A stretch of DNA of 64,000 bases from Azolla caroliniana (GCA_043228905.1 JBHGNT010000007.1:9796001-9860000); one strand, 5' to 3'; positions 23,226 to 36,100 are shown, counted from the stretch's first letter. Notes: generated by a model from the sequence alone, not told the origin. Numbers and translations are program-made.

Positions 23226-25148
23226 AGAAAGCGACTTAGAAGAGACTGGTCAACCATTCCTATTTTTTTGGATGCAACAGGGGAAGATGTAAAGTGGAAT
23301 TATGTTCCACCTCGATGGTTGTTTCCGCCACCAGCGCCATTTATATTGAACACAGCCGTTTAGGATGAGTGCGTGAGGAAAGTGTAAACTGTTTTTGTGT
23401 TGTAAATACAGGTTTTCCACGGACATTGGCAACAAGCTAATCGACGAGAGGGCTGATGTGGAAAGAAGGAAGAATGTGTAAGAGAAAAGGATGGGGTATG
23501 GTGGCGGGGTCATAGTCGACAATGGTGAGTGGGTGGGGAATTTTTACACTAATTTTTGTTTTTAATACAGGTTTTTCATCAACAGTGCAAGATGTTAATC
23601 AGCAAGAGGGCTGACGTGGACTGAATGAAGAATTTCTTGTTTTGTGATAAGGATGAGGGAAGATGGGGGGGGGGTCGAAGCCGTCTATCATGAGTGAGGA
23701 AACTTTGAGATTAACTGTTTTGTTATTGATACAGGTTTTTTCGTGGACATTGGTCATGACGATAATTGGCTAGACGGTTGATGTGGATTGAACGAAGAAA
23801 TTTTCTGTGTGAAAGTGATAAGGTTGAGTGAAGATGGTGGGGAGGGTGAAGCCGACTATAACGAGTGGGTGAGAAAATGTTTACACTAATTTTGTGTTGA
23901 TCAATACAGGATATGCGTGGACATTGCCACCGTGTTAATTGGTGAGATGGCTGATGTCGACTGTATGAAGAATTTTTGTGTTAAGGATGAGTGAAGATGG
24001 TGGGGAGGGTGAGGCCGACTATAACGAGTGGGTGAGGAAATGTTTACATTAATTTTGTGTTGATCAATACAGGATATGCGTGGACATTGCCACCGTGGTA
24101 TTTGGTGAGATGGCTGATGTCGACTGAATGAAGAATTATTGTGTTAAGGATGAGTGAAGATGGTGGGGAGGGTCGATGTGCAGGAGTGGGTGAGGACATG
24201 TTTTAACCTAAGTTTTTGTTGATTATACAGGATATGCGTGGACATTGGAACCAGGTTAATCGGTGAGATGGCTGATGTCGACTAAAGGAAGAAATATTTG
24301 TGGTGAGGATGAGTGAAGATGGTGGGGAGGGTCAAAGCCAATCATCACGAGTGGGTGAGGAATTTTTAGACGGATTTTATTCTTATCACAGATTTTTGGG
24401 GTTTTTGGGCAATGACGTTAATCGGAGACATGACTGATGTGGGTTAAATGAAGAATGGTTGTGATGAGATTATGGTCTAATCAATGTATGGCTGTTCTGA
24501 GTTGGTAGAGATTATCATGGTTGCTTCAAAGTGACAGGTGCTGCAGGGACTGTTTTGGTGTTGTGTTTTCAACGGCAACAGCCGAGGAAGGTTCAATCTT
24601 GCATGGGAAAAGACAGACAAAGATACAAGAGGTTGGACAGATTTATGAGCTTGGAAAGTCAGCTTGAAGAAGACTACGGCCAAGAAGTAGCAGATTACCT
24701 CAATGGCTTGATTGGAGAGAGCAGTTTGGTATTACCTAAGTGGTACAAAAGGACATTCACAAGGGAAAATTAAAGGCCAAGGAATGGGAACAGCTATTGG
24801 ACAACCAGGTGATGGTGAACAACTTTAGTACATGCGGAACCAAATGCAAACATGGAGTTTTTAGACTACTACCCATGATTACCACCAAGATATGTATTCA
24901 TTTGGACCGCAGGAATTTGTTTATAGGTTGAATATGGGTATACTAAAGAGCTTTAGTATATGTGGAATCACATTCAGCCAATGTTGGCTGCAACATGATG
25001 TTTTTTAGAGGCCATAACAAATGCCATCATTATTTGGTCCCTTTTTTTACGATATATACTTATGGAGTGGAAACTATTATGTACAATTTGTAGATTGCCT
25101 TTGGCATTGCCAATTTTAATACCAATGGAGCATATTTTTTATGGAAAA
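23226..25148 (+). mobile_element. 5'-truncated non-LTR (LINE-like) retroposed insert
   Basis: 17-bp TSD aaacaatatacctcgta (23209-23225 and 25149-25165), short 3' A-run, and it begins in an open frame that ends at TAG 23363. Confidence 0.65.
23364..24470 (+). repeat. ~160-bp tandem repeat, about 7 copies, inside the insert
   Basis: The atacagg anchor recurs at ~23406, 23565, 23729, 23904, 24067, 24225 and (degenerate) 24386. Confidence 0.85.
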
Positions 25149-25454
25149 AAACAATATACCTCGTACTTTTGATACTAGTGAAATTGAGTTCAATCGGCTA
25201 CTATGTTAAGCTTTATTGTATAGAAGACGAATTTTTTATCAAATTAAAAGATTCCTGAATGATTGGGAATAGAGTGAATAATTCTAATCCACTATAACAT
25301 ACAAGATTTAATCATATATTTATGGTAAGACCTAATTTTGAATGATCAAGTCACATGATACGCTTTAGGTTTTTCAACACGTATTATACTTTCAAATTCG
25401 ATACGTATGGATATTTGGAATTGGAGGCCACCATTGTAACCCAGTACATATTAT

Positions 25455-26706
25455 GAAGCAAGCTCTGTACTTTATATCAGAAATTAGTATCAAGAAGAAA
25501 ATTCATTATCCAATTGATGAGATATGTTGTTCCTCAAATCTAAAGTAAAAAGTTCAATCTTGATCTCTCTCTCCATTTCAATCTTTCTCAATCTAAAGTC
25601 AAGCGTTCTATCTTAAATACTTTCTTGCTTGCACTTCGAATCCTTCCAGTCCAGAAACCTGGCGGTTCCGCCTCACAATCCGCACGTAGTGATGGATCTT
25701 CAATACATAATTAAGTGGTGAACCCGACGTGAAAGAGGCGGTAGGAAGGATTAAGTCGAGTATCAACCAATACCTGGAGATGGCATCCTCAAGCAATCAA
25801 ACAGGAGAATTCGGAAGGATGATGTTAATTGTCGAACAAATGATGAGATCTCGAGACAATGATGCGAGTGTGGAAAAGGCCGTCGACTGTGTCGTAGAGC
25901 TTGAGGGTCAATTTGACGGAAGGAACATTACATAGTTCCTTGATGCATACAAAAGGGAGATGAATCAAAGGGATGTGTCTAAAGCACGTCAAATCACAAG
26001 TTTAAAGAGAGTGGTCGTCAACAACATCCAAAGGCGCGTCATCGAGCTTCAAGAAGGGAAGACAACGTGGTCGGAGTTCGAGAAAGCGATATTAGTGGAG
26101 TTCGTGACGGAAGATTTGTCGAGGATGACTGACATGCCTTGATGAAGTGGATAGAAAATAAGAATAAGAGGATAAGCGCTTCGAGGGTGTACGACGGTTT
26201 CGACCAAATGTTTCATCGTCTCCCCACCACAAACCAAGTGCTGCTTGAGGAGGACCAGACTTTGTACTTCTTGAAAGCTGTGGACATGAAGGATAGACGA
26301 GAATTGGGGACTCTTCTTGAAGATGATACCCAAGCAAACGGGCTTGTGGCAAACTCGATTGTGGTAAAGCGGGCGTGCAATAGGCTCGACAAGCGTCGTC
26401 AGTGGGTTGATGACACCGACTTGGAAGGATCGACTATCGCGGAGAAAACAAGACAACCAAAAGTAGCTGAGCCGCCCAAACAAAGCAGCTTGGAAGAAAA
26501 GAAGATTGATGATGACATCATTGAAGAACTAGCGAAGAAGTTCGAGATGGTCACACTAGCCAACATGAATCATCGGGGCCCCAAAGGAAAAGAACCCTTT
26601 GGATGCGTGTGGTGCGATAGCATGGACCACATGAGAAGGGATTGCGCGAGCCTTCGAGATGCCATCCGACAAAATATCGTATACATGGATGACAACATGA
26701 TCTGCT
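25455..26706 (+). mobile_element. Gypsy A: LTR 3' part, tRNA-Trp PBS and 5' gag (first duplicated copy)
   Basis: LTR ends at 25707 (homologous to solo LTR 60268-61363), PBS TGGTGAACCCGACGTGAA, decayed gag with CVWCDSMDHMRRDC knuckle. Confidence 0.85.
25716..25733 (+). promoter_or_regulatory. PBS complementary to the tRNA-Trp(CCA) 3' end
   Basis: Reverse complement of ...TTCACGTCGGGTTCACCA. The same PBS, some copies with one mismatch, recurs at ~28837, ~40698 and 56348-56365 (minus). Confidence 0.8.
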
Positions 26707-27587
26707 TGACGGGAACTACACGTCCACTATGCGCAACGCTAGGCCACAACCGAGCTTAGAATCATACACAAAAAAAACAGGAATGAATGCACGACACAGT
26801 GAAGAGAAGAGTACACTGGATGTTTACGTGGAAAACCCAAACTAGGGAAAAACCACGGTAGCCCACAGGCTGCAAACTATCACTATGTTACAGTGTACAA
26901 CAGTAAAGCAGTGAGGCAAGAACCTTGAGCTTTCTATCTTCACCATAGGCAGCGGTTACAACAGAGGCAACGACCTCTTCCTCTCTCTCTCTCTCTCTGT
27001 ACACAGTTACGCACTCTAATCTCTTGCGCCAACAAGAATGAGAACGACTTTTCATAAAAGTTTGCCCTAAGTCATATTTATACTAATATGACTTTTCAGC
27101 TATTAACAAATATAGCCACGATGGACTCTCAGAAACATATTTACGAATATGTCTCTTCATCCGGTGAGCACTCCTCACCGGGTCTGCACCATCCGGCTGT
27201 CTGTAGCCGGGTACTCCTCATCTAGTTCTCATCGGGTCTGCACCATCCGGCTCTCCGTAGCCAGGTACTCCTCATCCGGTTCTCACCGGGTCTGCATCAT
27301 CCGGCTCTTTGTAGCCGGGTAAACCTCATCCAGTTTGCTCATCAGCACTATTCTTCTCCGTTCCGATCCGGATGGACCTGTCTCCCAACAAACTCCCCCT
27401 TCACTCCGGCATGGGGTGTCTTACTAGTACGATCCGCTTCCGGCATGCATCCAACTTGTCGGGTATCAGCACTTTGGTCAGCATATCTGACCCGTTCTCG
27501 GCCGTGTGGATCTTCATCAGCGCGAACTCCTGGTCATCTACTCTTTCCCGGATTCAGTGATACCTTCGCTGGATATGCTTCGTCCGG
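26707..27587 (-). mobile_element. Copia 3' LTR (26707-27390), PPT and RNase H end (first duplicated copy)
   Basis: Near-identical to 41689-42567; PPT AGGGGGAG; RTKHIQRRYH...SDMLTK motif. Confidence 0.9.
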
Positions 27588-28832
27588 TGTCGTGTGAATC
27601 TTCACACACTATGTAAAAAAATAATAATAATGAAATAATTATAATAGATTAAATTAGTAGCTTACTATAGAAAGATGGATATACTCAAGAGCTTCAAAAT
27701 GTTTTTTACTATATACAAAATGGAGAAATACATATCAAGTTATGTGAAAATAAAGTTTGAGAAGATAGGAAAAATTAGAACTATCCCACATAGATATGAA
27801 AGTTAAGGCCCTGGCTATATAAGCACCTTGAGCTCCCTCATTTTTCATTGGTGCTAAGAGCACTTTGGCCACTTTGTCTTAATGGATGATGGTGGCCAAA
27901 TTCCCTAAAACCGAAAATTGGCCGGTAAGCAAAACCGAAACCGGAAAGCAAACCGGCCCAGAACTGGAACCGACAAGCAAACCGGAATCGGCCAGCAAGC
28001 AAAAACGGAACCGGAACCGGCAGGTATGCAAACCGGAAATCGGCCGGCAAGCAAAACCGCAACCGCAACTGGCAAGCAAAAAGGAACCGGCTGGCGAGGG
28101 ATTTGGCGATCGGGCAGAAGCAGCTCTCGGACGAGGTTGGATGCGGACGGATAGAAGATGGGATCATGCAACAAACTAAAGTAAAGTGAAGAGAACTAAA
28201 GTAAAGGCCATGTGGACGCAAGCAACTAAAGTTGGAGTGCATGCCAAAAGTAAAGTTCATGTGGATGGTCACATGCAACTAAAAGAAAAAGCCATGCAAC
28301 TAAAAATAGATGCAACTAAAAGAAAAAGCTAGGCAGCTAAAAGTAGAGGCCATGCAACAAAAAGTGGAAAGGCTATGATCAAGGGAGAACTCTATATATA
28401 TTCCATTTTTTTCTTACACTCAGACTCTTCATATTATCTGAATTTTTTTCCTTTTCTTTCGGAGCTCTCTTATCTTATCGAAGCCAATAACCCTAATCTT
28501 CCCTACGGAAGCTATCTCTCAAATAAACCATAATTTCCATACGGAAGCAATCTCTCAAAATCCAAAATTCCTTGTCAAAGCCATATCACTCAAGAATCAT
28601 AATCTCTTATTTCCTCTAATCTATTATTCTAGTAATCTCCTTAAGATAAAACTTTTGTAATCCCAATCTTGGGATTGATTGTAATTTTTCTTTCTACTTG
28701 TTAATGAAATTTGTTAATCTTTCTCATTTCGGTTAATTCTTAGTACATAAATACACGAATTTGATATCCTCTAGTCAAAGGCCCCGGGGTCTTGCCTCAA
28801 CGTTCACGTATCCTTGTCGAATTTTCGCGACA
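27588..28832 (+). repeat. Gypsy B 5' LTR
   Basis: TGTCG...CGACA termini; repeated at 39257 and 42568. Confidence 0.9.
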
Positions 28833-28885
28833 TCTTTGGTGAACCCAACGTGAAAGAGGCAGTAGGGAGGATATCAAGTGCAACG

Positions 28886-31069
28886 ATGGCTTCCACAAGT
28901 GGAACTCAAGGAGAGGAATTAACGAAAGGCATGGTGTCCGTAGTGGAATACATGTTGAAGGTGAGAGATCGAGAAGCTCTAATTGACAAAGTTGTTGATC
29001 GTACGGTTGAGATAGCCGGACGATTTGGTGGCAAGAACATCACAGATTTTCTTGCTACCTATCGGAACGAGATGCAACAAAGGGATGTCAATGACCTCAA
29101 ACAAATTTCTGGCTTCAAACGTGTGGTGGAACTAGGGATCCGCGAGCGCGTCATGGAGATTCAAAACGAGCATGCAACTTGGGCGGAGTTCGAAAAGGCG
29201 CTTTTTGCTGAATACATGCTTGAAGACACATCACGGATGACTCAACATACGCTAATGTCTTGGATTGAGAAGAAAGGAAAGAATATGTGTGCATCTGGAG
29301 TATATGCCGAATTCGACCAGAAGTATAACCGACTTCCGAGTGTTGATCAACGAGTTCTTGATGGAGATAAAGTCCTACTATTCTTGAAGGCAGTGGATGC
29401 GAAAGATCGGCATGAATTGGGTAACTTTTTGGAGGATGAAACACAACCTAGTGGCTTGGTAGCGGACTGGGCGGCAGTGACGAAGGCTTGTAGCCGTCTT
29501 GATAAGCGTCGACAACGGCAAGAGGAAACGGATATGGAGAATCCACAATCGTGGAGGAGGAAGGCACCTCTTACGATTGAGTCTAACAAGCCATTCAACA
29601 ATTTCGATAAGAAAGCAATGGAGGAGTCTATAATCGAAGAGCTCTCCAAGAATTTTGAAGCGGTATCGCTAGCCAACTTAGGTCGACGCGGGCCCAAGGG
29701 GAAAGAAGCGTATAGATGTGTGTGGTGTGATAGCTTTGAACACTCACGAAGGGAATGTGCTGACTTGCAAGATGCGATCCGCAAGAATGTCATCTATTTG
29801 GACGGCAACATTATTCACTCGAGCGAGATCCGGAAGCCACTACGAGTGAACTTCGGAAGAGGTGGGCTGAAAAAGATTGTAGAAGAAGAAGATGCAAGGC
29901 ATGTGGAGGCTATGCACTATGCCGATTCGGCTGGGATACGAGTTGGAAAAGAGAATCTTAAAATGATCAAGCCAGGAGCTGGGTTTTGGCCAACGGTCTT
30001 CGAGTGCGAAGAAAAAGGCAAAATCAATTCGGAGGATCTAAAACTTGATGACCGAAACGTGCGATGAGCAACCGGATGGTCAGATCCAATCGACAAAAAC
30101 ACAAGCTTTGCGGAGGTTGTGTGTGACACCTATGAAGCCCTTGTCGAAGAGAAGAGGAAGAGAACCGGTGAAGAAGATGGCACATCAAAGCGACCTAACA
30201 CGAGGAACGGAGGGAAAGAAGGGACACCCCAACCTATCCCAAGAAAAGAGATTGGTGAAACAAACATGAAGCCCGGTGGATCGAGCCAACCTGCTCGGAT
30301 GGAAGTTGAAGAATCAATGAAGAAAGGAAAAGAATGAGCGGCACCGACTTACAAGCTAAGGTCGGACATAGAACAAACAACTAACTTGCGGAAGGTCTTT
30401 GAGGAGAAGGTTTTAGATAGTCATGTCGACCTTACCTTGAGAGAGCTACTTGGGATCGCGAAGAAGGAGTTCCATGATACTATTGTGGACCTTATTAAAA
30501 GGAAGCGGCAACAATCTGATGAAGAGGAGGTGAAAAAAAGTTCCATAACCATGGCAAGATCGGAAGAGGAGGAAGAAGAAGAAGTGGTGGCGGATAGCCA
30601 TTACTCACGACCTCATTGGGCAAGAGTGACAACGGAGACGCCGGTGAAGATCGGGGAGAAGAAAGAGATCGTGGTCGCTTTGATTGACCATGGCTCAGAG
30701 ATCAACCTCATGTCGACCGAGTTCTACAAGAAAGGAAGATGGCCGATTAATACAAACCACGGATGGAAGATTCGAGCGGCGACGAAGGTTACGGAGGACT
30801 TGTACGGAGCTTTCCCCAACGTTAAAGTCACGATCGGGGATGTAGAGATTGATCAACACTTCTTCGTGCAAGACTCGGCTTCACATCCCGTCATCCTAGG
30901 ACAACCATATATAACATCGTCCCGGATGGAGACCAAGGTGTTCGATAATGGAGCAGCCTTCGCGCGCGTCAAGAGTCTTGATAGTAAAAGATCCGTTCAA
31001 TTCCTGACGGTGCGAGCTAATCATGAAAGGAACCGAGATAGCCTTGGAGGCGAATCCTCGGATTTTTAA
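28886..31069 (+). pseudogene. gag: Gypsy B gag-protease with in-frame stops
   Basis: CVWCDSFEHSRREC knuckle; protease ALIDHGSEINL...VILGQPY; TGA at 30065 and 30335. Confidence 0.85.
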
Positions 31070-31701
31070 AGCGGACTATTGAAGCATGGGGCACAAATAG
31101 TCCGAGCAATCATAAGTCCCCACAAGAAAGCAAAGTGCGTGGATTGCAAGGAGAAGCAACATGCGTCACACCTGGCGGCGCATGCAAACTTAGACTACTC
31201 AACAAGAAGGAAAAGTGTCAGATACAAGACTTCGAGGAGGTGCTGAAAGAAGAAGAATTCGTGTCATATATTCTGGAGGAAGCCTCATTTAACGACACCA
31301 TCGGCAAAATCGAGGAAGTCGTGGATTTGAGCTATCCTCACCATCAACATGTGATTTCGGTTAACTCCGTCAACATGTATACTATCATCGATGAATATCA
31401 TCGAGGCATCTTGATAGAGGAAGCCGAAGTCAACACAAAATATAAAACCGTGGATAGGAAGATCAAGCCAGCTGCAGTTCCGCTACCGGAAGATAGCTGG
31501 CAAAAGATGAAGGAAGTTGCAAAAGATCCAAGCTTAAGGAACCCAAATACAATTGGTCACGTCTTCACTGAAGAGATGAAGGGAAAGCTACGAGTTGGAA
31601 GGGAGGATTTCCTCCTCCCTGAAGAGGAGCGGATGTTTCGTGGAATGCTTGAAAGACATGGGAAGGCTTTCACGTTTTTCCCACAAGAAATCGGGTATGC
31701 T
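31060..31701 (+). pseudogene. pol: Gypsy B pol N-terminal segment (-1 frame relative to gag-PR)
   Basis: KYKTVDRKIKPAAVPLP...FLLPEEERMFRGMLERHGKAF; cut by the chromovirus. Confidence 0.8.
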
Positions 31702-32105
31702 TGTCAAGATTCGAACTCTTGACACGACATAGTTATAGTCTAGTATTATGAGTTAACCAAGATATCTAGTACATAGTTATTATGTAATTGATCCTTATTA
31801 TTTTGCTAGCATCATGTGCATAGTTGCTCCCTTGTAGTATTTACACTTGGCACATGCATGCATACCTACATGCTCTATTGTAGATTCACATGCGTGCAAA
31901 CAAGTATGCATGCCATGTAGTATAAATAGAGGAGTTCACCTTGAAGGAATTCAAGGTGAACAACACCAGTTATGGAGTCTTTCCTTTAATACTATCTTCT
32001 TTCTTGTCCATTTGGTTATCTTCTTGCTTGTCTCTTGAGCTTATGATCCGTGACAGTTTGTTCACCTTCCTATCCTCATAGCTCTCCCTCTCATACGCCA
32101 TAGCT

Positions 32106-33041
32106 ATGTCTGACTCAACTAGTGAGTTAGGCCAAATAATGGTAGCCTTACGACAACTACAGCTTGAAAATGAAGCTCTTCGAAATTCTTTACAAGAACT
32201 TCAAGTCGGTACCTCCCTATCCTCACAACCCCCGAACCCTAGTCTCCCACAACAACCTAGCCTAGAGCCCGATCTTCTACCAACATCTAGCCTAGCTTCG
32301 TCACAGCTTCTTGAGCCTAAGGTTAGCCTCCCAGAAAAATTTGATGGAACGAGGTCGCGTTTCCGAGGGTTCATCAACCAAGTTCGACTTATCATTCGGC
32401 TACAACCTCAACGCTATGGAGATGGTCTTTGACAAGTCGGCCTTGTGGGCACCCTTCTCTCCGGTCCGGCCCAAGCTTGGTTTGCACCATTGGTAGAAAC
32501 CTCGTCACCTCTATTGGAGGACTTTCCCGCCTTCCTCGCCGAGTTAGAGGCCACATTTGGAGAGACGGACCGACGACGTACAGCTCTTAACAAGATTTAT
32601 GCACTCGAACAAGGTTCGCATGCAGCTTTGGTCTATGCTTCAGAATTTCAACAACTAGCATGCGACGTCAATTGGGATGATCAAGCTTTAGTTGATCACT
32701 TTCGGCGCGGCCTTTGAAGCAATGTCAAGAATCTTCTCTTAAACTTTCTGGAGCCCACCTCATTATCCCAAGTGATTTCACAAGTAGTTCATTGTGACAA
32801 TCATCTTTTCGAATTTCGCCAAGAAGAGCGCCGGACTTGGGTTCCACCTCATTCACTTCCACGCCACGCCCCGGTCATACAACCCCAGGCATCCTCACAC
32901 TCGCCTACTTTGGCAGATGCTCCTGTCCCCATGGAAATTGATCAAGCCCGATTTCGGCCATTGACTGATGTTGAACGACAATTTCGGCGGGCTAATGGCT
33001 TGTGCATGTATTGTGGCGCCTCTGGTCATGTCGTTCGCTAG
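32106..33041 (+). pseudogene. gag: Chromovirus gag with stops
   Basis: EPKVSLPEKFDGTRSRFRGF, PVPMEID, LCMYCGASGH. Confidence 0.85.
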
Positions 33042-33127
33042 TGTCCTAGGAGTACTCGCCCACTACTCCATCGAGCTAACGGACCCCAACATCCGGAAAA
33101 CGACATCGTTCGGTTGCAGTAGGAGCC

Positions 33128-36100
33128 ATGCAACTGGACATCTCCCGTCACCCACATTCTCTTGGTTCCATTGCCGGACCATCATGCAATTTCACATTGG
33201 AGGTATGGCTTTCGTTTAACTCTAGTTCCATTCAGTCTGTTGCTTTACTTGATTCTGGGGCATCTTCTTGCTTCATCGACGTCGCGTTTGCCCAAGCACA
33301 TGGCGTACCTGTCGTTGGCCTCTCAAAACCCATTCCAGTTGAAGCCATCGATGGGTGCGTCCTCTCGTCAGGTGTAATTACTCAAGCTACAATCCCATTA
33401 GGGCTTCAGGTGGGCTCACACCAGGAGGAGCTCGCCTTTGACCTCATCGCATCTCCTCGACATCCGATCGTCTTAGGACTAACGTGGTTGGAGGCGCACA
33501 ATCCAATAGTGGATTGGTGCAACCGCTCGATCACATTTAACAAGCCAAGATGCTCGTGCAAAAGTATGAAGGTAAATTTAGTTTCCTATCCTTCGGAGAC
33601 GGTCGACTCCAAATTGACGACCCCATCATCAGTCTAGGATGGGTTTGTTTGTGGCGCCATTTCTAACACACTCCATGCTATACCCGAAAAATACCAACAC
33701 TTCTCTGACGTATTTGAAAAATGTAATGCTGATCGTTTGCCTGAACACCCGCTCTACGACTGTCCGATTGATATTCAAGAAGGTGCATGTCCACCCTTTG
33801 GTCCTCTATATGCGTTGTCTGCACCAGAGTTGAAGGCCCTTCGTGTGTATCTCGATGAGAACCTCGAGAAAGGATTTGTTCAACCTTCTAAGTCACCAAC
33901 CGGGGCCCCCATTTTATTTGTGAAGAAGAAGGACGGCTCTCTACGCTTATGCGTCGACTACAGAGGTCTCAACAAACTCACTATGCGCAACCGCTATCCG
34001 CTACCTATGATCCCCGAACTCCTTGATCGACTCCGAGTTGCGCGTGTCTTCTCCAAAGTTGATCTGCGTGGAGCGCACAATCTAGTACGCATCAAGCCGG
34101 GGGACGAATGGAAAACCGCATTTCGAACACGGTATGGGCATTTCAAATACAAGGTAATGCCTTTTGTTCTTACTAACGCTCCCGCAGTTTTTCAACATAT
34201 GATGAACGATATATTCCGGGAATATCTTGATCTTTTTGTTGTCATTTACCTCGATGATATTCTCATTTTCTCGCCAAACATGGAGGAGCACACTCGCCAA
34301 GTCTGATTAGTTCTTGCCAAACTTCACGAGCATGGCCTTTATGCCAAAGGCGAGAAATGCGAGTTCGACCGTACCTCGATCGAATTTCTAGGCTACATCA
34401 TCTCGCCCACTGGCATCACCATGGATATGAAGAAGGTCTCTGTCATTCAGGCGTGGGCGACTCCAAGGCGACTTAAAGATGTGCAATCCTTCCTCGGCTT
34501 CGCGAATTTTTACCGTCGCTTCATCAAGGGGTTTTCCACCCTAGCACAACCTCTTATCGCTCTCACGCATAAAGGCACTCCATTTTTATGGACCTCGGAG
34601 GCGCAAAATGCGTTCGACTCACTCAAACACGCATTCATCACTGCCCCGGTGCTGCTACATGCCGACCCCACAAAACCCTTCCAAGTCGAAACTGATGCCT
34701 CTGACTTTGCCATTGGCGCCATCTTATCCCAGGCAGACAACAACAACCTAATGCACCTAGTGGCTTACTATTCCCGAAAATTTACGACATCCGAAATCAA
34801 TTATCCCATTTACGATAAGGAGCTTGTTGTTATCATTGCTGCCTTTGAAGAATGGCGAGCCTACTTGGCCGGCGCACAACATCGTGTCCAGGTAGTGATT
34901 GATCATAAAAATTTAGTTTATTTTTCCACCACTCGTACTTTGAATCGAAGGCAGGCCCGTTGGTCGACATTTCTCGCCGACTACGATTTTGAGATCATAT
35001 TTCGACCTGGTGGCCAACATGGGAAGGCTGATGCCCTTTCTCGCCGAGCTGACCTTGCACTCCGCCCTGGGGATGCTGCTTATTCTCAACAATCTAGACG
35101 TTTGTTGAAACCTGACCAATTGCATCTTTTTGCCACTTGTATGTTGCAGGATGATTCTTTACTCCAACAAATCACTGATGCATCCAAGACTGATGCGTTC
35201 GCCAGCGAGATTCAAGATAGTCTGCAAAACCCCTCCAAGGCGACCAAAAGGAAGGATCTTGACACCTTCACCATACAAGAGGGTTTGTTGTTCCGAGATC
35301 ATCTCTTATACGTCCCAGAGGGCCCATGTCGCACCCTGGTGTTGCGGGAATGTCACAATGACCCACTTGCAGGTCATTTCAAGGTTGCGAAAACCCTTGA
35401 GCTAATCTCTCAGGGGTATTGGTGGCCACAACCATGGAAGTTGGTCAAAGAATACATAAAGAGATGTGAGGTTTGTGCTCGCTCCAAAGCCATTCATCAT
35501 CGGCCATACGGCTTACTGCAGCCGCTTCCATGTCCTCGTCGTACTTGGGCCTCTATCTCTATGAACCTGATAACTGATCTACCCTTGGTCAATAGCTATG
35601 ACTCGGTGTTGGTCATTGTCGATCGGTTTACGAAGATGGCTCACTTCACTCCATGCTCCAAAACCATTTCCGGAGAAGGAATGGTGCATCTACTACTCAA
35701 CAATGTGGTATGCTTGCACGGACTCCCCGATGATGTCATCTCGGATCGCGGACCCCAGTTTGTCTCTCACTTCTGGCAGCACCTGCTACAAGCTTTAGGC
35801 ATCTCTGTCAAGTTGTCCTCTGCTTATCACCCCCAAACTGACGGGCAAACGGAGCGTGTCAACCAAATCCTTGAGCAGTATCTTCGGTGCTCGGTGAGTT
35901 ACCAACAAGATGATTGGGTCAACTTACTTTTGCTCGCGGAATTCGCCTACAATAATTCTCTCCATGCATCGACTGGCGTCACTCCCTTCTTTGCCAACTA
36001 TGGTTTACATCCTCGCTTCAACATTTCCCTTCCTACCACTTCCGTGAACCCTTCGGCAAAGGATCGTGCCCGCATTTTGGAAGAACTACATCATGATTTA

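Larger units (their letters stand above)
10961..25450 (-). repeat. tRNA-Glu tandem array, minus-strand arm (interrupted at 18562-22760 and 23226-25148)
   Basis: Reverse complement of the same unit, repeated about 15 times. Confidence 0.95.

Noticed and set aside
4352-25450. Array units as independent SINE insertions
   Set aside because: Units are head-to-tail with no individual TSDs, and the consensus is a canonical full tRNA-Glu.
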